Translations under genes and position numbers: made by a program
NCBI RefSeq assembly: GCF_009914755.1
Contig: NC_060936.1
Source of the DNA: the human T2T-CHM13v2.0 reference genome, Homo sapiens
Strand: one strand, 5' to 3'
DNA length: 64,000 nt
Notes under the pieces: model-generated
The model's input: the letters and a program-made list of their open reading frames with translations, nothing else
Database searches by the model: none
Told to the model about the DNA's origin: nothing
In this document: positions 26,321-39,645 of the stretch, in pieces
Layout: every line of letters starts with the position of its first letter
Position numbering within the stretch: the first letter of the stretch is position 1

Positions 26321-29230
26321 AAAACTGTTACTCTAACAGTCTAAAATCAGTTATTTGAAGAAAGAATTAGAGTACATCAAAAGGTATAATTCACTTGACA
26401 GGTCCAAAATTACAAAATGTTTGCCTTTTATTTTATTGTTTATTGTTTCTACACTGTTTTCTTCTTTGAAAAGTGAGATGGTCTATGTTAACTTGGTAAA
26501 GCATTCCAAAGGCTCAAAGATGCACACTGGGCATCAGATCAACTTCAGTTTCTCTTTATGTTTCTAAAAGGTCAATTTCTTAGTCTCATAACAAATCACC
26601 TCAGTGAATCCTGGCATTTTCTCTACGTCCGTTTTTGGAATTAGGGATGGTATGTTAAACTTGTAGAAGTTTTGTTTATTTAGCACGTAATTTTTTACAG
26701 TTTCAACTTTATAGAATATTTTCTCTCACTTTTTGAAAGAAGAAATATTTTTGTTCCAAGTTAATAAAATGTTAGCTCTAACTTTTTCCTTTGTTTCAGC
26801 TTATGAAAAATATCAAACAAATTTCATAGGTCATCCATTTTGATGACATATAGATGTCTCATTGCTAGGCCTCAAATACTTAGAAGTATAGCTTTACATT
26901 GGAACTGCTCCATGCTTTTAGATGGGTATGATTATGCTGTCACATAAACAATCCATATGGATTCTTTTGTACCAGCAATTGCAAAATAAATTGTCAAATA
27001 TTTTCATATGCCCTCTTAATATGAAAAATAATCAGAGATCACGTATTTCTGAAATGGTAACATTGGAGAAGGTAAACTATGTGAAGGAAAACAAGTGGAA
27101 AAATATACTACAAATCAATTTTCATAGAGCAAAGTCTTCAACTATATCCAGTTATATATATGAGTGAAATTTGTCCCTTATAGAAGTTTCGTAGGAGTTT
27201 CCAAAGTTCTAGAACTTTAAGTATAGAAAATGCCTTTTTTAACCTTTAAAGACATTTGAATCGGCAGGCAAGACAGTGAACATTATGGAAAAAACCAAGG
27301 ACAATTGAGATTTTTACACTATCCTTTTGTGAACCCGGCACTCAGAAAATAGAGAAATTTGTCAAACTTTCAGCACACTATTTGAAGAGGCACCTATACA
27401 ACAATTAGAAATAAACACAAGAATGAGTGGCAGCTGTGACAGACATTCTGAAACTTTGTCTCACAAAATATATCTCAAAGTCTGAGTACAGCATCTATCT
27501 GGAAAATCATAACATTTTAAATAAAGACAAAGATATTGATGCTGTGTCCTTTGTGACATGCCCATGTTCATGTGTACACATGCCTGTGTGCACACACACG
27601 TAAAGATGTTCTCCTTACCATTTGTCATGCTGCTTTTCTGTACCAGCCAAAGTGAGCTTGGCTCAACATTATGGGAAGCATTCCAAAGGAAAACTCTAAG
27701 AACTGATGCATGAAAAGGAAAACCCACCTGTTACTAGGATACCAAAGTCCTTTATCTTCTGACATTCAATAGTAAATTGGAGCAAGTCAAAGACTACTCA
27801 TAATGCAAGAAAGCAGCCTGAAAGACAAGCTGCTTCCATAGACATTTTATTACACACTGGCTTAAAGAACACTGCCCACATTTAATGCATTGGTAGACCT
27901 TGCCATAGAGTAAGAGAGTCACTAAGACCTGGATTAGAAACAATAGAGAAATTTAATTTGAAAGAACTGCATAAGGATTGTGTCATACTGGCAAAGCAAA
28001 ATAGATCTGTGCCTGCACTTTCACGGTGCAAGGCTTAAGCTGAGTTAAATGAGAAAAATATTTGAATATGTTCAAAAGCTTGGAAGTGATTTTCATACTT
28101 TACATGTGCACTGTTACTGTACCTATCAGGAGGAGACATACTATAGGAATATAGTTATTAAATTACCCTTCAGACTTGTCTTCCCTGTCCTAAATAATAC
28201 TATTTCCTTTAACATTCCCACAGTTCTCATTCTCCCCCATTTCTGAACACTTTATTTTTATTTCCTAGACTTTTCCATCTTCTCTACCTCGACTTGCTGC
28301 ATTGAAATAATTTGGTCAAATGGCTTTGTAACATAGCAATTGGTATTTAAATTTGTGGAAGTTGCACAGATCTGTCATACCAATTTTCATATAATGATGT
28401 ATTGACATATACATAAATTTTAATATTTTCTACTGATGGTAGCATTTACGTGAGGCATCTAGGGAATTTCTACATGATTAATTAGAGCCTCAGTACAGTA
28501 TTATTTGAGATTCATTGAGACTTAGATTTAGTCGTTGTCTTGTTACTGTAGTAAGGTGTTATAATGTGTAAGAGCAATTTAAATATACATTTTCTTCAAT
28601 ACTTCAAAGATAGTTATCACATGCACTGAAACTGAATCACTTAGTGTTCTTTTCTTTTCAGAGAAATAAGAAAATCCACTGTGGGTGATTTTAGCCATAA
28701 GAGTACATTCAGTTATCTTTGCACAGCAGTTTTCTCTGTTCCCAGCCTCATGCTCTAAGCAGTATAGTACCAACAGACTGACATTTAAAAGAACTCTTGA
28801 GACTAGGTCATTTATGCCGGCAGGGTATTTTGTGAAATTAATACATTGTGTTCATCAAAGGGCCATTGTAATAGAAATCTGTTCTTCTGCAGTTGACTCC
28901 AGAGACCACAGATCATTTGGCCTACCTGGATACATGTTTTTAAGAAAGAAGCCAAGAGATGATTTTAGGTTGTTAGGGGGGTGACATTGCTGACAGAGAC
29001 AAGCTAAAATATATGAAACAGAACCATAGTCAAACTTACCTTACTTCTAAAATGTGACAGCTACAATCATTAAAAAGAGACTGTGATAAAAGGAATTTTT
29101 AAAAAAATCCTCTAAGATCTTGACTTTTTCATACTCTTTACCTTAGAACATTTTGAAAAATAAGCCATAGGACTTTGGATCTTACTGGAAGAATCTTTTG
29201 GTGCCTGGGGTCTCTTCCAGCAGCTATGAT

Positions 29231-29373
29231 GCAGTGTTATGAAAAGAGCCCTTTTCCAGGAGACCTATGTTTGAGTCCAGCTGGGCCACTAGTTGACCTT
29301 GTAACCACTTGGCCACTTAATCATTACAGGTTTCAAGTTCTTTATTTGTAAAATGAAGGGATTAGACCAATAT
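29231..29373 (+). mobile_element. MIR (MIR3/MIRc-like)
   Basis: 'ggagacctatgtttgagtcc...tttatttgtaaaatgaagggattagacc'. Confidence 0.8.
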
Positions 29374-30832
29374 TTCCAACATACCATAAGAAATCTGTTT
29401 TGTTACATAATTTGCTGGTTTCTACTCATTATTGTTAGAACGTATTTAGATTAGTTCAAGAGAATAAAAAGGTACACATCTCACATCCTGTGAGACAAAA
29501 TAGGGAGTTGCCCACGCATCTGAGAGATTCCCCATATCACAGGTCTTGTATAAACTTCATGAGCACCTTCCCAACCTGATTCAAGAATGTGACACCCTGG
29601 ACTGTTAACAAGTGAGCAAGTGATCCTGCTTTATTTCCACAAACTCAGTTTGTAAAAACTCTAAAAATTAAATGTATTTTCCATTACTTGTAGAGGGAGA
29701 GGTAATATTTTGAGGCATATTTCATCAACAACCCTCTGTGAATTGGCCATTATTATGTCTGTATTTAGGAAAAATAAGCATATTTAACATATCAGGTAAA
29801 ATATAGACAACATTATCAGGCAAGAGTAGACACTGCAATCTGCAATCTTATGAATTTACATCACTGAGTGATGGTCAGCTTAGGTGGATAAAAAGGAATT
29901 CAACTATGCTTTGCCCTCACACAATCTACACACAGCATTGCTTGTTCCCATTATTGCCAGTTATCAGACCTCGTAAGTGAAGGAATAATTGATGTTGTAA
30001 TTTATAAGCAATATAGATTAATTATGAGAAGTCAATTGTTGTTATTAACTAATAATAATGTTAGGCTTACTCAAAAGTTGTCTATGAACAGCAGATAGTT
30101 TGAATTGGGTTGTGCAAAAAGGCACATGTGGATAATTTTGGAAGACTACAATTTGTCTCTTACAAAGGTAGCTTTTACGTAGGGCTTTACCCCCTTTATT
30201 CCTGTCTCTGCTTAATCATTATCCCAGGATAACAACCAAAGGACAATTGCCAGCTTATTTTAGTCTATTCACCTAGGCAGCTTAATCTATTTTTCTTACT
30301 ATAAATTAGTATCTTATTTTTCTGATTATTAATACATTCCTATAAAACAGTCAAATAATGTAGAAATGAATAAAACATCAGTTGTAAGTCTCCCATAATT
30401 GGCAGAAAGGTTAGGATGAGTTGAAATTCAGGGATGTCTGTTGCATGCATATTACTTATACTGTGTCCAACAAAAGAATGAAGCATTTTGTTAAAAAGAA
30501 AATTGAAACTAGGAGGAAGAGTTTGTACTGTGTCTATTTTCCATATATGGTCATTCAAACAGTAAAGAAGCATTTTTGAAATACAAAGACAACCATGAAA
30601 AGAATGAGCCATAGTACATCAAATATTTTGTGAATGATCCTAGTTTTCCATTTCATTTTGTAACAGAACACAATATTTAACCTGTCCTTTCGTGGTCAAA
30701 ACAGTAGAATGCAACACAGCAAGACAGTCTGTCTAGTACTCTGAAACCAGATTTAATAATCAATAGAAGCAACAGAACATGAATCAAGCATGCATGTGAA
30801 TAAAATGAAGACATAACAAAAGACTGATTTTT

Positions 30833-31087
30833 CTTTGGGAGGCAAAGGTGGGAGGATAGCCTGAGGCCAGGAGGTCAAGACCAGCCTGGTCAGTGTAGCA
30901 AGATCCTGTCTCTACAAAAGAAAAAAAAGATTAGCCAGGCATGGCACAGAACTGTAGTCTCAGGTACTCAGGAGGCTGAGGTGGAAGAGTCCCTTGAGCC
31001 CAGGAAGTTGAAGCTGCAGTGAACCATGATCACACCGCTGCACTCCAGCTTGGGTAACAGAGCGAGACCCTGTCACACACACACACA
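30833..31087 (+). mobile_element. AluJ, 5'-truncated, tail converted to (CA)n
   Basis: J-type text 'cttgagcccaggaagttgaagctgcagtg'; decayed TSD aaagactgatttt / aaagacagacttt. Confidence 0.92.
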
Positions 31088-31354
31088 AAGACAGACTTTT
31101 TAGTACTTTTACATGAAAGAAGTGTGAATAATTGATGACAACAATGTCTTTTCTTTCTTCTAAAATAAATGATCTTATAAGCAGAGAATGAAAAGCTGAA
31201 GTAAATATCATAATTAACCACGAAACACTAGAGGCATTATTATTGCAATCTCTTAAATAATAAAACAAAGATTAGGCTGCAGAATTTGAAGTAAGGATAT
31301 AAAGTAAACACTAAATTCATGTTAATCCTGGCTTCTTTTATCTTCATTCAGTAA

Positions 31355-31745
31355 CAATCAACATTTAAGAAATATTTATTAGGCTCCATTGATGTGCCAG
31401 GAAATTGGTGAGGCCTTGAGAATTTTAGTGATGAGTAAGCACGGTTGTTATATTTAGGGAGTTCCTATTCTAGAGGGGATATAGATAAATAGACAAGCAA
31501 AATTAGATGGTTATGACACCTACGGTGATAAAGGTAAAGAACTGGTTGCTAGGGAACCATTTAAGAAGGGAACACACTGCAAGAAGGAGTGGCCTCTCTA
31601 CTAAATCTTAACAAGCTAGTAGGAATCACACAGGAGAGTAGATTGAAGAGGAGGTGCAGCCTATAAATAAAAGGAGAGGGACATGTAAAACATTGGCATA
31701 CAAGGCAGCACAATATATTTAAAGAACTGCAAATATTTAGGGTAA
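31355..31745 (-). mobile_element. L2
   Basis: aaatatttattaggctccattgatgtgccagg...gttcctattctagagggg. Confidence 0.7.
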
Positions 31746-33535
31746 TTTTCAAGAAAGTAATTTCAACAGTTCCTAATAAGTCAAGTTCCACTAACTTTTG
31801 GATTTTTATATATTTTGAAAATCAAAATATTATATTATTGAATCTCCTACAGATATGAGTTGGCATTAATTATTATTGCAGGAAAGCCTTTCTCTATCAC
31901 TAATTTGACTTGATTCCTAATTGTAGGAGAGACTTCATATATGCCAATTCGTGAATTGTTCATTGCTTTTATAATTCATTTACTCAAACATCAACGTCTA
32001 ATCTCTGAGTTTATATTTAATATCTGCCCCAAGAAAGTCCATAATATTCCCAGGTTTCTCAATACCATGGGACTAGCCACATAGGATTGTATTGGGAAAC
32101 CTTAGACAATTCATTATTTGTAGAAGAAGTACTTGTTTAGGTCATGACTGGAAGCCAGATAAGACTCACAGCAATCTGGAAATTATCTTCATAAAGTTGT
32201 ACTTTTTTCCCACATTTTTACATCTTTCAAGTCTTTAAAACTCTTGGGAATTTTCTATGTGTTCTGCTGAGATGAAACCTTGTGTCTATAAATAAGTTCT
32301 CACATTTCATTTCGGAAAGATATCTTTGTTGACCTTTGAAATGAGCTTCATCTTTTGTTTGCAGTTTGAAATCCATTTTGAGTGAGAGTAGAGTTTCCAT
32401 TGCAGCTGGAAAGCTTGCAATCTTTGTCTATTGACTTTAGCAACTAACCCCTGTAGCCTGGCAACTATGTCTAGGACACATTGAGCAGTCAATAAATACA
32501 CACTGAGTAAATAAAGGAATGTTCATGGATCTGCATTCACACTACTGACTAGGTAGTCTTTAAGGGCCATTTTAGCTCTAAATTTTTAGGATTCTATAGA
32601 AAAAGAACAATATGTAAGGAAGAACATGTCTTCTTAGAAATGTTCAGAAGAGGAAGAAGAAGAAAGAGGAGGTGGCAGAGGCAGGGAAAGAGAAGATGGG
32701 CAGGTGGGGAGGACGAGAGAAAACATGCAGGTAGGAAATATAACACAGAGTGTGGAGTCTTTTCAGATGGTCTGGAGGGTCCATGTCATGCAGATTCAGT
32801 CAGCACTGTTCAAATCATCTGCTCCCTCAGGCAGGAATTCGATCCATAACAAGTAGAGTAATGTTAAAGTCTGTTTAATCCATTTGGAGTACACATCCCA
32901 GGGAATACAAGTATCTTGAGCAGCCAAAAAGAGGTTTTGAAAATTCCAAAGCTGCTTTATTTAGTTGAGCAATGGTACATACCATTGGAAGAAGCAGCTT
33001 GGGAAATTCATTAAAAGGTAAAGATTTCTTTTAATGAAATACAGTAGCTTGGCAGTTAAACAAAAATTGATATACGCCTTGGGAACTTTTACTTCCTTGG
33101 TATGCCCTTCATAGCACATGCACAGAGAATAGTGATGCTAGTTTTCCAAGAAACATCATAAAACTTAGATCATGCCTATATGTAAACACAGTTGCTATTG
33201 TTCCACTGAGGTTGTATTCAAAGTTTAGGTGGGTGACATAATGAAGGATGCAATAGTTAAAGCCCTAAATTGATAGACCCAGAGGAAATGTCTAATGGCA
33301 TTATACTGGTGAGAGAAAGGCACTCATGGTTTCCAAATTAAGGTGGCTTTTTTTTGTCCTTAGGAACCAATTTGAAATGACTTACCCCTCTGAAAACATT
33401 GCATGATAAAACCATACTCTCCATATTACAGTAGAGCAGAGGCAAAAAATAAGAACATCTAATTAATAAAATAATTCTTAGATTAGAGAAGGGAGGGGAG
33501 AGAGGAGAGGAAAAGAAAGAAGGAACAAGACAACT

Positions 33536-33990
33536 CCATTCATTCATTCATTCATGTCAAGTATTTGGGTGCTTACTATGTGCCAAGTGCTGTTCTAGGC
33601 CCTTAGAATAGAGCAGTGGGTGAGACAGACAAAATTTCCCTGCCCACTTTGATTTTACATTCTAGTAGAAGATAGTAAAAATAAGTAAAAAGACATATGA
33701 ACCAAACAAACTGTCAGAACATGATAAATGTTATATGTAAATTAATCAGAAAAGAAAAGATTGGAATTGGAGAGTTGGAAGAAAAGGGCAGATGTTACAA
33801 TTTTAAATGGCCAGGTTTGGAAAGGGCTCCCTGAGATTAATTTAAGCAAAATCTGAAGCAGGTGCAAGAAAGCAGCCATTAAGGATAACTGGGGAAGAAA
33901 TGCTGGCAGATGAAGAACCTCTTTTCTATGTAACAAGAAATTGGCTTCAATATTTAATTTAGCATATTGAAGAAAAGCCAATGTTCCTTA
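33536..33990 (-). mobile_element. L2a 3' part
   Basis: (CATT)n followed by 'gtatttgggtgcttactatgtgccaagtgctgttctaggc'. Confidence 0.85.
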
Positions 33991-34229
33991 GAAATATACA
34001 TGGTGAGGACTCTCAGGCCTAAACTCTGAGCAGTTTCAGAAACAACTGGTTGAGAAAGACTACCATGAACTTAGAGGAGCGTGGAGCCCATGCATCATGC
34101 AGGCAGGTTCTTGTAAAAGGTGACGTGGAATGAATTCCTTTAGTTGCAGCTGGCTCAGAGCTCATCCTGCTTTTGTGGAGGGATTGTTAGTTAATATCAA
34201 AAAGACCTGCTAAAGAATTTGTAGTTGGG

Positions 34230-34450
34230 ACTAATATTTACTGAATGTTCCTTATGTGTCATTCAATATACAACACACATTCCAAGCAGTTTCTCATGTA
34301 ATCCTCACAATAATCTTAAATGATAGGTAGGATTATTATCCTTATTTTATAAACAAATAAAATTAAAGTTTAGAGTGGTTAAATAATTTGGCCACACAGC
34401 TAGTAAGTTGTGGAGCCAAAACTTGAATCCAGGCAATTTGTTTTCTAAGT
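34230..34450 (-). mobile_element. MIR
   Basis: taatcctcacaataatc...attattatccttattttata...cacagctagtaagttgtggagcc. Confidence 0.85.
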
Positions 34451-34909
34451 TAACTAGATAAAAATGTATTTATGTTTAACTATATAAAAATAATACATGA
34501 TTTTCATTCTTTCTGTTGCTTTTAATTACATATTTTTAAAAATTTTTTTAAATTTAAATGATTAAACAATTGTTTAAAGAAGCACATGAAGAAAAATAAT
34601 TTAAGGTGTCTTCAGACATTAGTACAAATATAGATAAACAGGGTGGAAGCCCCAACTATCATCTGCTATGAAGATAAACATCCTCCTCCTCATAGGAAGC
34701 TGTCCCTGAACACAGCATATTCTTGCATGTGCTTCCCAGTACATTTGAATGTGGATGCTTAACCCTGACTAAGAAAACTGAGTGAGGAAGGGGAAGCTGC
34801 GGGATGGCAACATACAAAGTAATTGCATATAAAACAAATAAGATTAATGACCTCTGAAGAAGGGGCAGTAGGCTTTGGTTAACTTACCGTGAATTTTCAG
34901 GAAGCAAGT

Positions 34910-35805
34910 TGCTCTTTTCTGTTTTCCATTTGCTTGGTCGATTTTTCTCCATCCCTTTATTTTGAGCCTACAAGCAGATGCTGCAATCCTAGTTTGTGAC
35001 CAAACAGGCTTCAAATCAACAAAGATCCAAAAAGGCAAAAAAGGACATTACATAATGGTAAAGGGTTCAATTCAACAAGCAGAGAGAACTTTTCTAAATA
35101 TATATGTACCCAACACTGTTGTACCCAGATTCATAAAGCAAGTTCTTACAGAGGTTGAAAGAAACTTAGACTCCCACACAATAATAGTGGGAGACTTTAA
35201 CACTCCACTGACAATATTAGAAAGATCATCAAGTCAGAAAATTAACAAAGATATTCAGGACCTGAATTCAGCACTGGAGCAAATGGACCTGATAGATATC
35301 TACAGAACTCTCCACCCCAAAAAACAGAATGTACATTCTTATCGCTACACAGCACATATTCTAAAATCAATCATAAAATCAGAAGTAAAACACTCCTCAA
35401 CAAATGCAAAAAACCTGAAATCAAACAAAGAGTCTCTTGAACCACAGCACAATCAAATTCGAAATCAAGACTAAAAAATTTACTCAAACCCTACAATTAC
35501 ATAAAAATGAAATAATCTGCTCCTGAATGTCTTGTGGGTAAATAATGAAATTGAGGCAGAAATCAAGACGTTCTTTGAAACTAATGAGAACAATGATATA
35601 ACATACCAGAATCTCTGGAACACAGCTAAGGCAGTGTTAAGAGGGAAATTCATAGCACTAAATGCTCACATAAAAAAGTTAGAAAGATCTCAAGTTAGCA
35701 ATCTAACATCACAACTAAAAGAACTAGAGAACCAAGAGCAAAGAAATCCCAAAGCTATCAGAAGACAAAAAAATAACCAAAATTGGAGCTGAATTGAAGG
35801 AAATT

Positions 35806-35837
<32 letters not shown>

Positions 35838-38447
35838 CAAATTCAAAAGATCAACGAAACCAGGAGCTGGTTTTTTTTTTTAATTAATAAAATAGATAGA
35901 CCACTAGCTAGAGTAATAAAGAAGAAAAGAGAGAAGATTCAAGTAAACCCAAGTGGAAATGACAAACCACTGACCCCATAGAAATACAAACACTATTAAA
36001 GAATATTATGAACGCCTCTATGCAGATAAATAGAAAATCTAGAAGAAATGGATAAATTCCTGGACACATAAAACCTCTCAAGACCGAACAGGGAAGAAAC
36101 TGAATTCCTGAACAGACCAATAATGAGCTCTGAAATTGAGGCAGTAATAGCCTACCAACCCAAAAAACCCCAGGACCAGACAGATTCACAGCTGAATTCT
36201 ATGAGATGTACAAAGAAAAGCTGGTACCATTCCTACTGAAACTGTTCCAAAAAATTGAGGAGGAGGAATTCCTCCCTAACTGATTCTATCAAGCCAGCAT
36301 AATCCTGATACCACAACCAGGCAGAGATATAACAAAAAAGAAAACTTTAGGCCAATATCCTTGATCAACATTAATGCAAAAATCTTCAACAAAATACTGG
36401 CAAACTGAATCCAGCAACATATCAAAAAGCTTATCCACTATGTCAAGTAGACTTTATCTCTGGGATGTAAGGTTGGTTTGACATATGTAAATCAATAAAT
36501 GTGATTCATCACATAAACAGAACTAAAGACAAAACCAAAAGGCTTTCGATAAAATTCAACATCTATTTATGTTAAAAACTCTCAATAAACTAGGTATTGA
36601 AGGAACATACCTCAAAATATAAGAGCTGTTTATGACAAACCCACAGCCAACATCATACTGAATGAGAAAAAGCTGGAAGCATTCCCCTTGAAGACTGACA
36701 CAAGACAAGGATGCCCTCTCTCAGCACTTCTATTCAACACAGTATTTGAAGTCTTAGGGCAGTCATGCAAGAAAAAGAAAAAAGGGCATCCAAATAGGAA
36801 GAGAGGAAGTCAAACTATCCCTGTTTGCAGGTGACATGATCCTATATCTAGAAAACCCTACAGCCTCAGCCCAATAGCTTCTTAAACTGGTAATCCTCAG
36901 CAGTCTCAGGATACAAAATTAATGGGAAAAATCGTGACCATTTCTATACACCAAAAACAGTTAAGCAGAGGGCCAAATCAGAAGCAAACTCCCATTTGCA
37001 ATTGCAACAATAACAAAAATACCTAGGAATACTAGGGAGGTGAAAGATCTCTACAAAGAGAACTACAAACCACTGCTCAAAGAAATAGAGATGACACAAA
37101 CAAATGGAAAAACATTCCATGCTCATGGATAGGGAGAATGAATATTAAAATGGCCATACTGCTCAAAGCAGTTTGTTGAAATAATCTGTACAACAAACCC
37201 CCATGAAACAAACATTGAATAAATTCAATACTATTTCTGACCATTGGCATTCTTCACAGAATTAGAAAAAACTATTTTAAAATTCATATAGAACCAAAAA
37301 AAAGCCCAAATAGCCAAGACAATCCTCAGCAAAAAGAACAAAGCTGGAGGCATCACCTCACCAGACTTCAAACTATGCCACGGGGTACAGTAACCAAAAT
37401 AGCATGGTACTGGCACAAAAACAGACACATAGACCAACAGAACAGAATAGAGAGCCCAGAAATAAGACCACACACCTACGACTATCTGGTTTTCAAGAGA
37501 CCTGACAGAACAACTCCATTAAAAAGTGGACAAAGGACATGAACAGACACTTTTCGAAAGAAGGCATACATGTGGCCAACAATCATATGAAAAAAAATTC
37601 AAAATCACTGATTGTTAGAGAAACGCAAATCAAAACAACAATGGGTTACCAACTCACACCAGTCAAAATGACTATTATTAAAATTAAAAAGTCAAAAAAT
37701 GATGCTGGTGAGGTTGCAGAGAAAAATGAACGCTTACACACTGTTGGTGGGGGTGTAAATTAGTTCAGCCATTGTGGAAGATGGTGTGGCAATTGCTCAA
37801 AGACCAAAAGACAGAATTACTATTCAACCCAGCAATCCCATTACAGGGTATATACCCAAAGGAATATAAATTGGTCTATTATAAAGACACATGAACATGT
37901 ATGTTTATTGCAGCACTATTCACAATAGCAAAGACATATAATCATCAATCTAAATGCCCATCAGTGATAGACTGGATAAAGAAAATGTGATATCTATCTA
38001 TCTAGCTATCATCTATCACCTATCTATATAAAGGAAACGTTCTATGCATACAGACACACACACACACCATGGAATACTATGCAGCTATAAAAAAGAACGA
38101 GATCATGTCCTTTGCAGGGACGTGAATGGAGCTGGAGGCCATTATCTTTACCAAACTAAAGCAGAAACAGCAAACCAAATACCACATGTTCTCACTTACA
38201 AGTGGAAGCTAAATGATGAGAACACATGGACACATAGAAAGGAACAACACACACTGGGGTCTTTTGGAGGGTTGAGGGTGGGAGGAAGGAGAGGATCAGG
38301 AAAAATAGCTAATGGGTATGAGGCTTAACACTTGGGTGATGAAATAATCTGTACAACAAACTCTCATGACACAAGTTTACCTATGTAACAAACCTGCACA
38401 TGTACTCCTGTACTTAAAATAAAAGGTTTTTTTTTTTTTTAAAGAAA
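34910..38447 (+). mobile_element. L1PA13-16-like element running from the ORF2 endonuclease to the tail, with a 60-bp 5' inversion (34910-34970) and internal deletions
   Basis: ORF 34962-35474 is the EN domain (GHYIMVKGSIQQ, IIVGDFNTPL), RT motifs follow, and AATAAA is at 38418. ORF2 is broken by stops and frameshifts. Confidence 0.95.
35807..35839. repeat. (CA)n microsatellite inside L1
   Basis: Directly visible. Confidence 0.9.
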
Positions 38448-39266
38448 GAGCATGCAAACACGGCTATTTACCAGTGCCATACTACTTTAACAAGCTTCAT
38501 CTGATTTTTCTTCCCACCTTTATCCTCTTTGATGCACCATTGTTTTCAGAAAAACATCTGAATAAAATCTGGAAACAAAGCTGAGACTTTGAAAGAATAA
38601 AAACAATTTTCTCATCTCACTGAAAGTCTAACAAAAGTGCTTTCTTTTCAAAAGAGATATAAATGGTAAAAATAACTTTTTTAGAAACTATTTTTAAAGT
38701 ATTAATATAAGATCATTAGACTATTTGCTAGGAAAATCTTTATATAAAGGTCATTTTGTTATTAACAAAACAAATAATAAAATTAATGTCATTATTTTTG
38801 TCTTTGTATTTCTTCCAAAGCTGTCATAATGCACTTTTTAAACTAATTCACCATGTACATGTTTTCTCCTGAATTACCTTGTCAGTTGCCTCTAATTTTT
38901 ATCTTAATCTACAAAATAAAGGTTTGGTACTTTAGTTACTTCAGTATGTACACATTTATTAAAGCTACTAATTGTTTGATTTTGTTTATTGTTTTTATAC
39001 TTAATTAGTGAATCTTAGTTATTTAGGTCAACTAACTAGGTATTTTCTCATAGGCATAATATCTATATCTATATCTATGAATCTTAACTGGCAGTTGTCT
39101 CAGCAAAAATCATAGTTTTGAAATGGCTTTAATATTTCCATCCCTTACCATTTCCAGGAAGCTAACACTTCTGGGTAAGAGAATACCAAAGAGAAAAAGA
39201 TCCAGCATTTTCAGGCTAAAGCTTACCTCTCTTTAGTGACAGAATAAAATCACTAAGGTACACAAA

Positions 39267-39645
39267 TGCTATGATATGAATGTCCCCTTTAAAACTCATG
39301 TTGAAATTTAATTGCCATTGTAATAGTATTAAGAGCTGGCACCATTAAGAGGTGATTATGCCATGAAGGCTTTGCCTTTGTGAATGAATTAATGCAAAGT
39401 GAACTAGTTATCATGGGAGTGGACTCCTGATAGAAAGAATGAGTTTCACTCAATTTTCTTTCCTCGTCTTGTGTGCTCTCTTGCCATGTGATGCCTTCTG
39501 CCATGTTATAACACAGCAAGCAGGCCCTTACCAGATACAACCTTTTCGATCTTCCCAGCCTCCAGAACTCCAGGAAATAAATCTCTTTTATTAAGTTACT
39601 CAGTCTGTGGTATTCTGTTATAGCAGCAGAAAACAGACTAAAACA
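39267..39645 (+). mobile_element. MaLR solo LTR (MSTC/MSTD-like)
   Basis: tgctatgatatgaatgtcccc...tattctgttatagcagcagaaaacagactaaaaca. Confidence 0.9.

Noticed and set aside
27425-27460. Clustered E-box, TGACAG and TEAD-like motifs
   Set aside because: Short motifs like these are expected by chance in 64 kb and there is no independent support.
32640-32849. Arg-rich ORF and purine tract (possible triplex or G4)
   Set aside because: Low-complexity sequence without a good mirror repeat or four regular G-runs.
34962-35474. 170-aa ORF with endonuclease motifs
   Set aside because: It is an L1 ORF2 EN fragment with no proper start and a frameshift; not a host gene.
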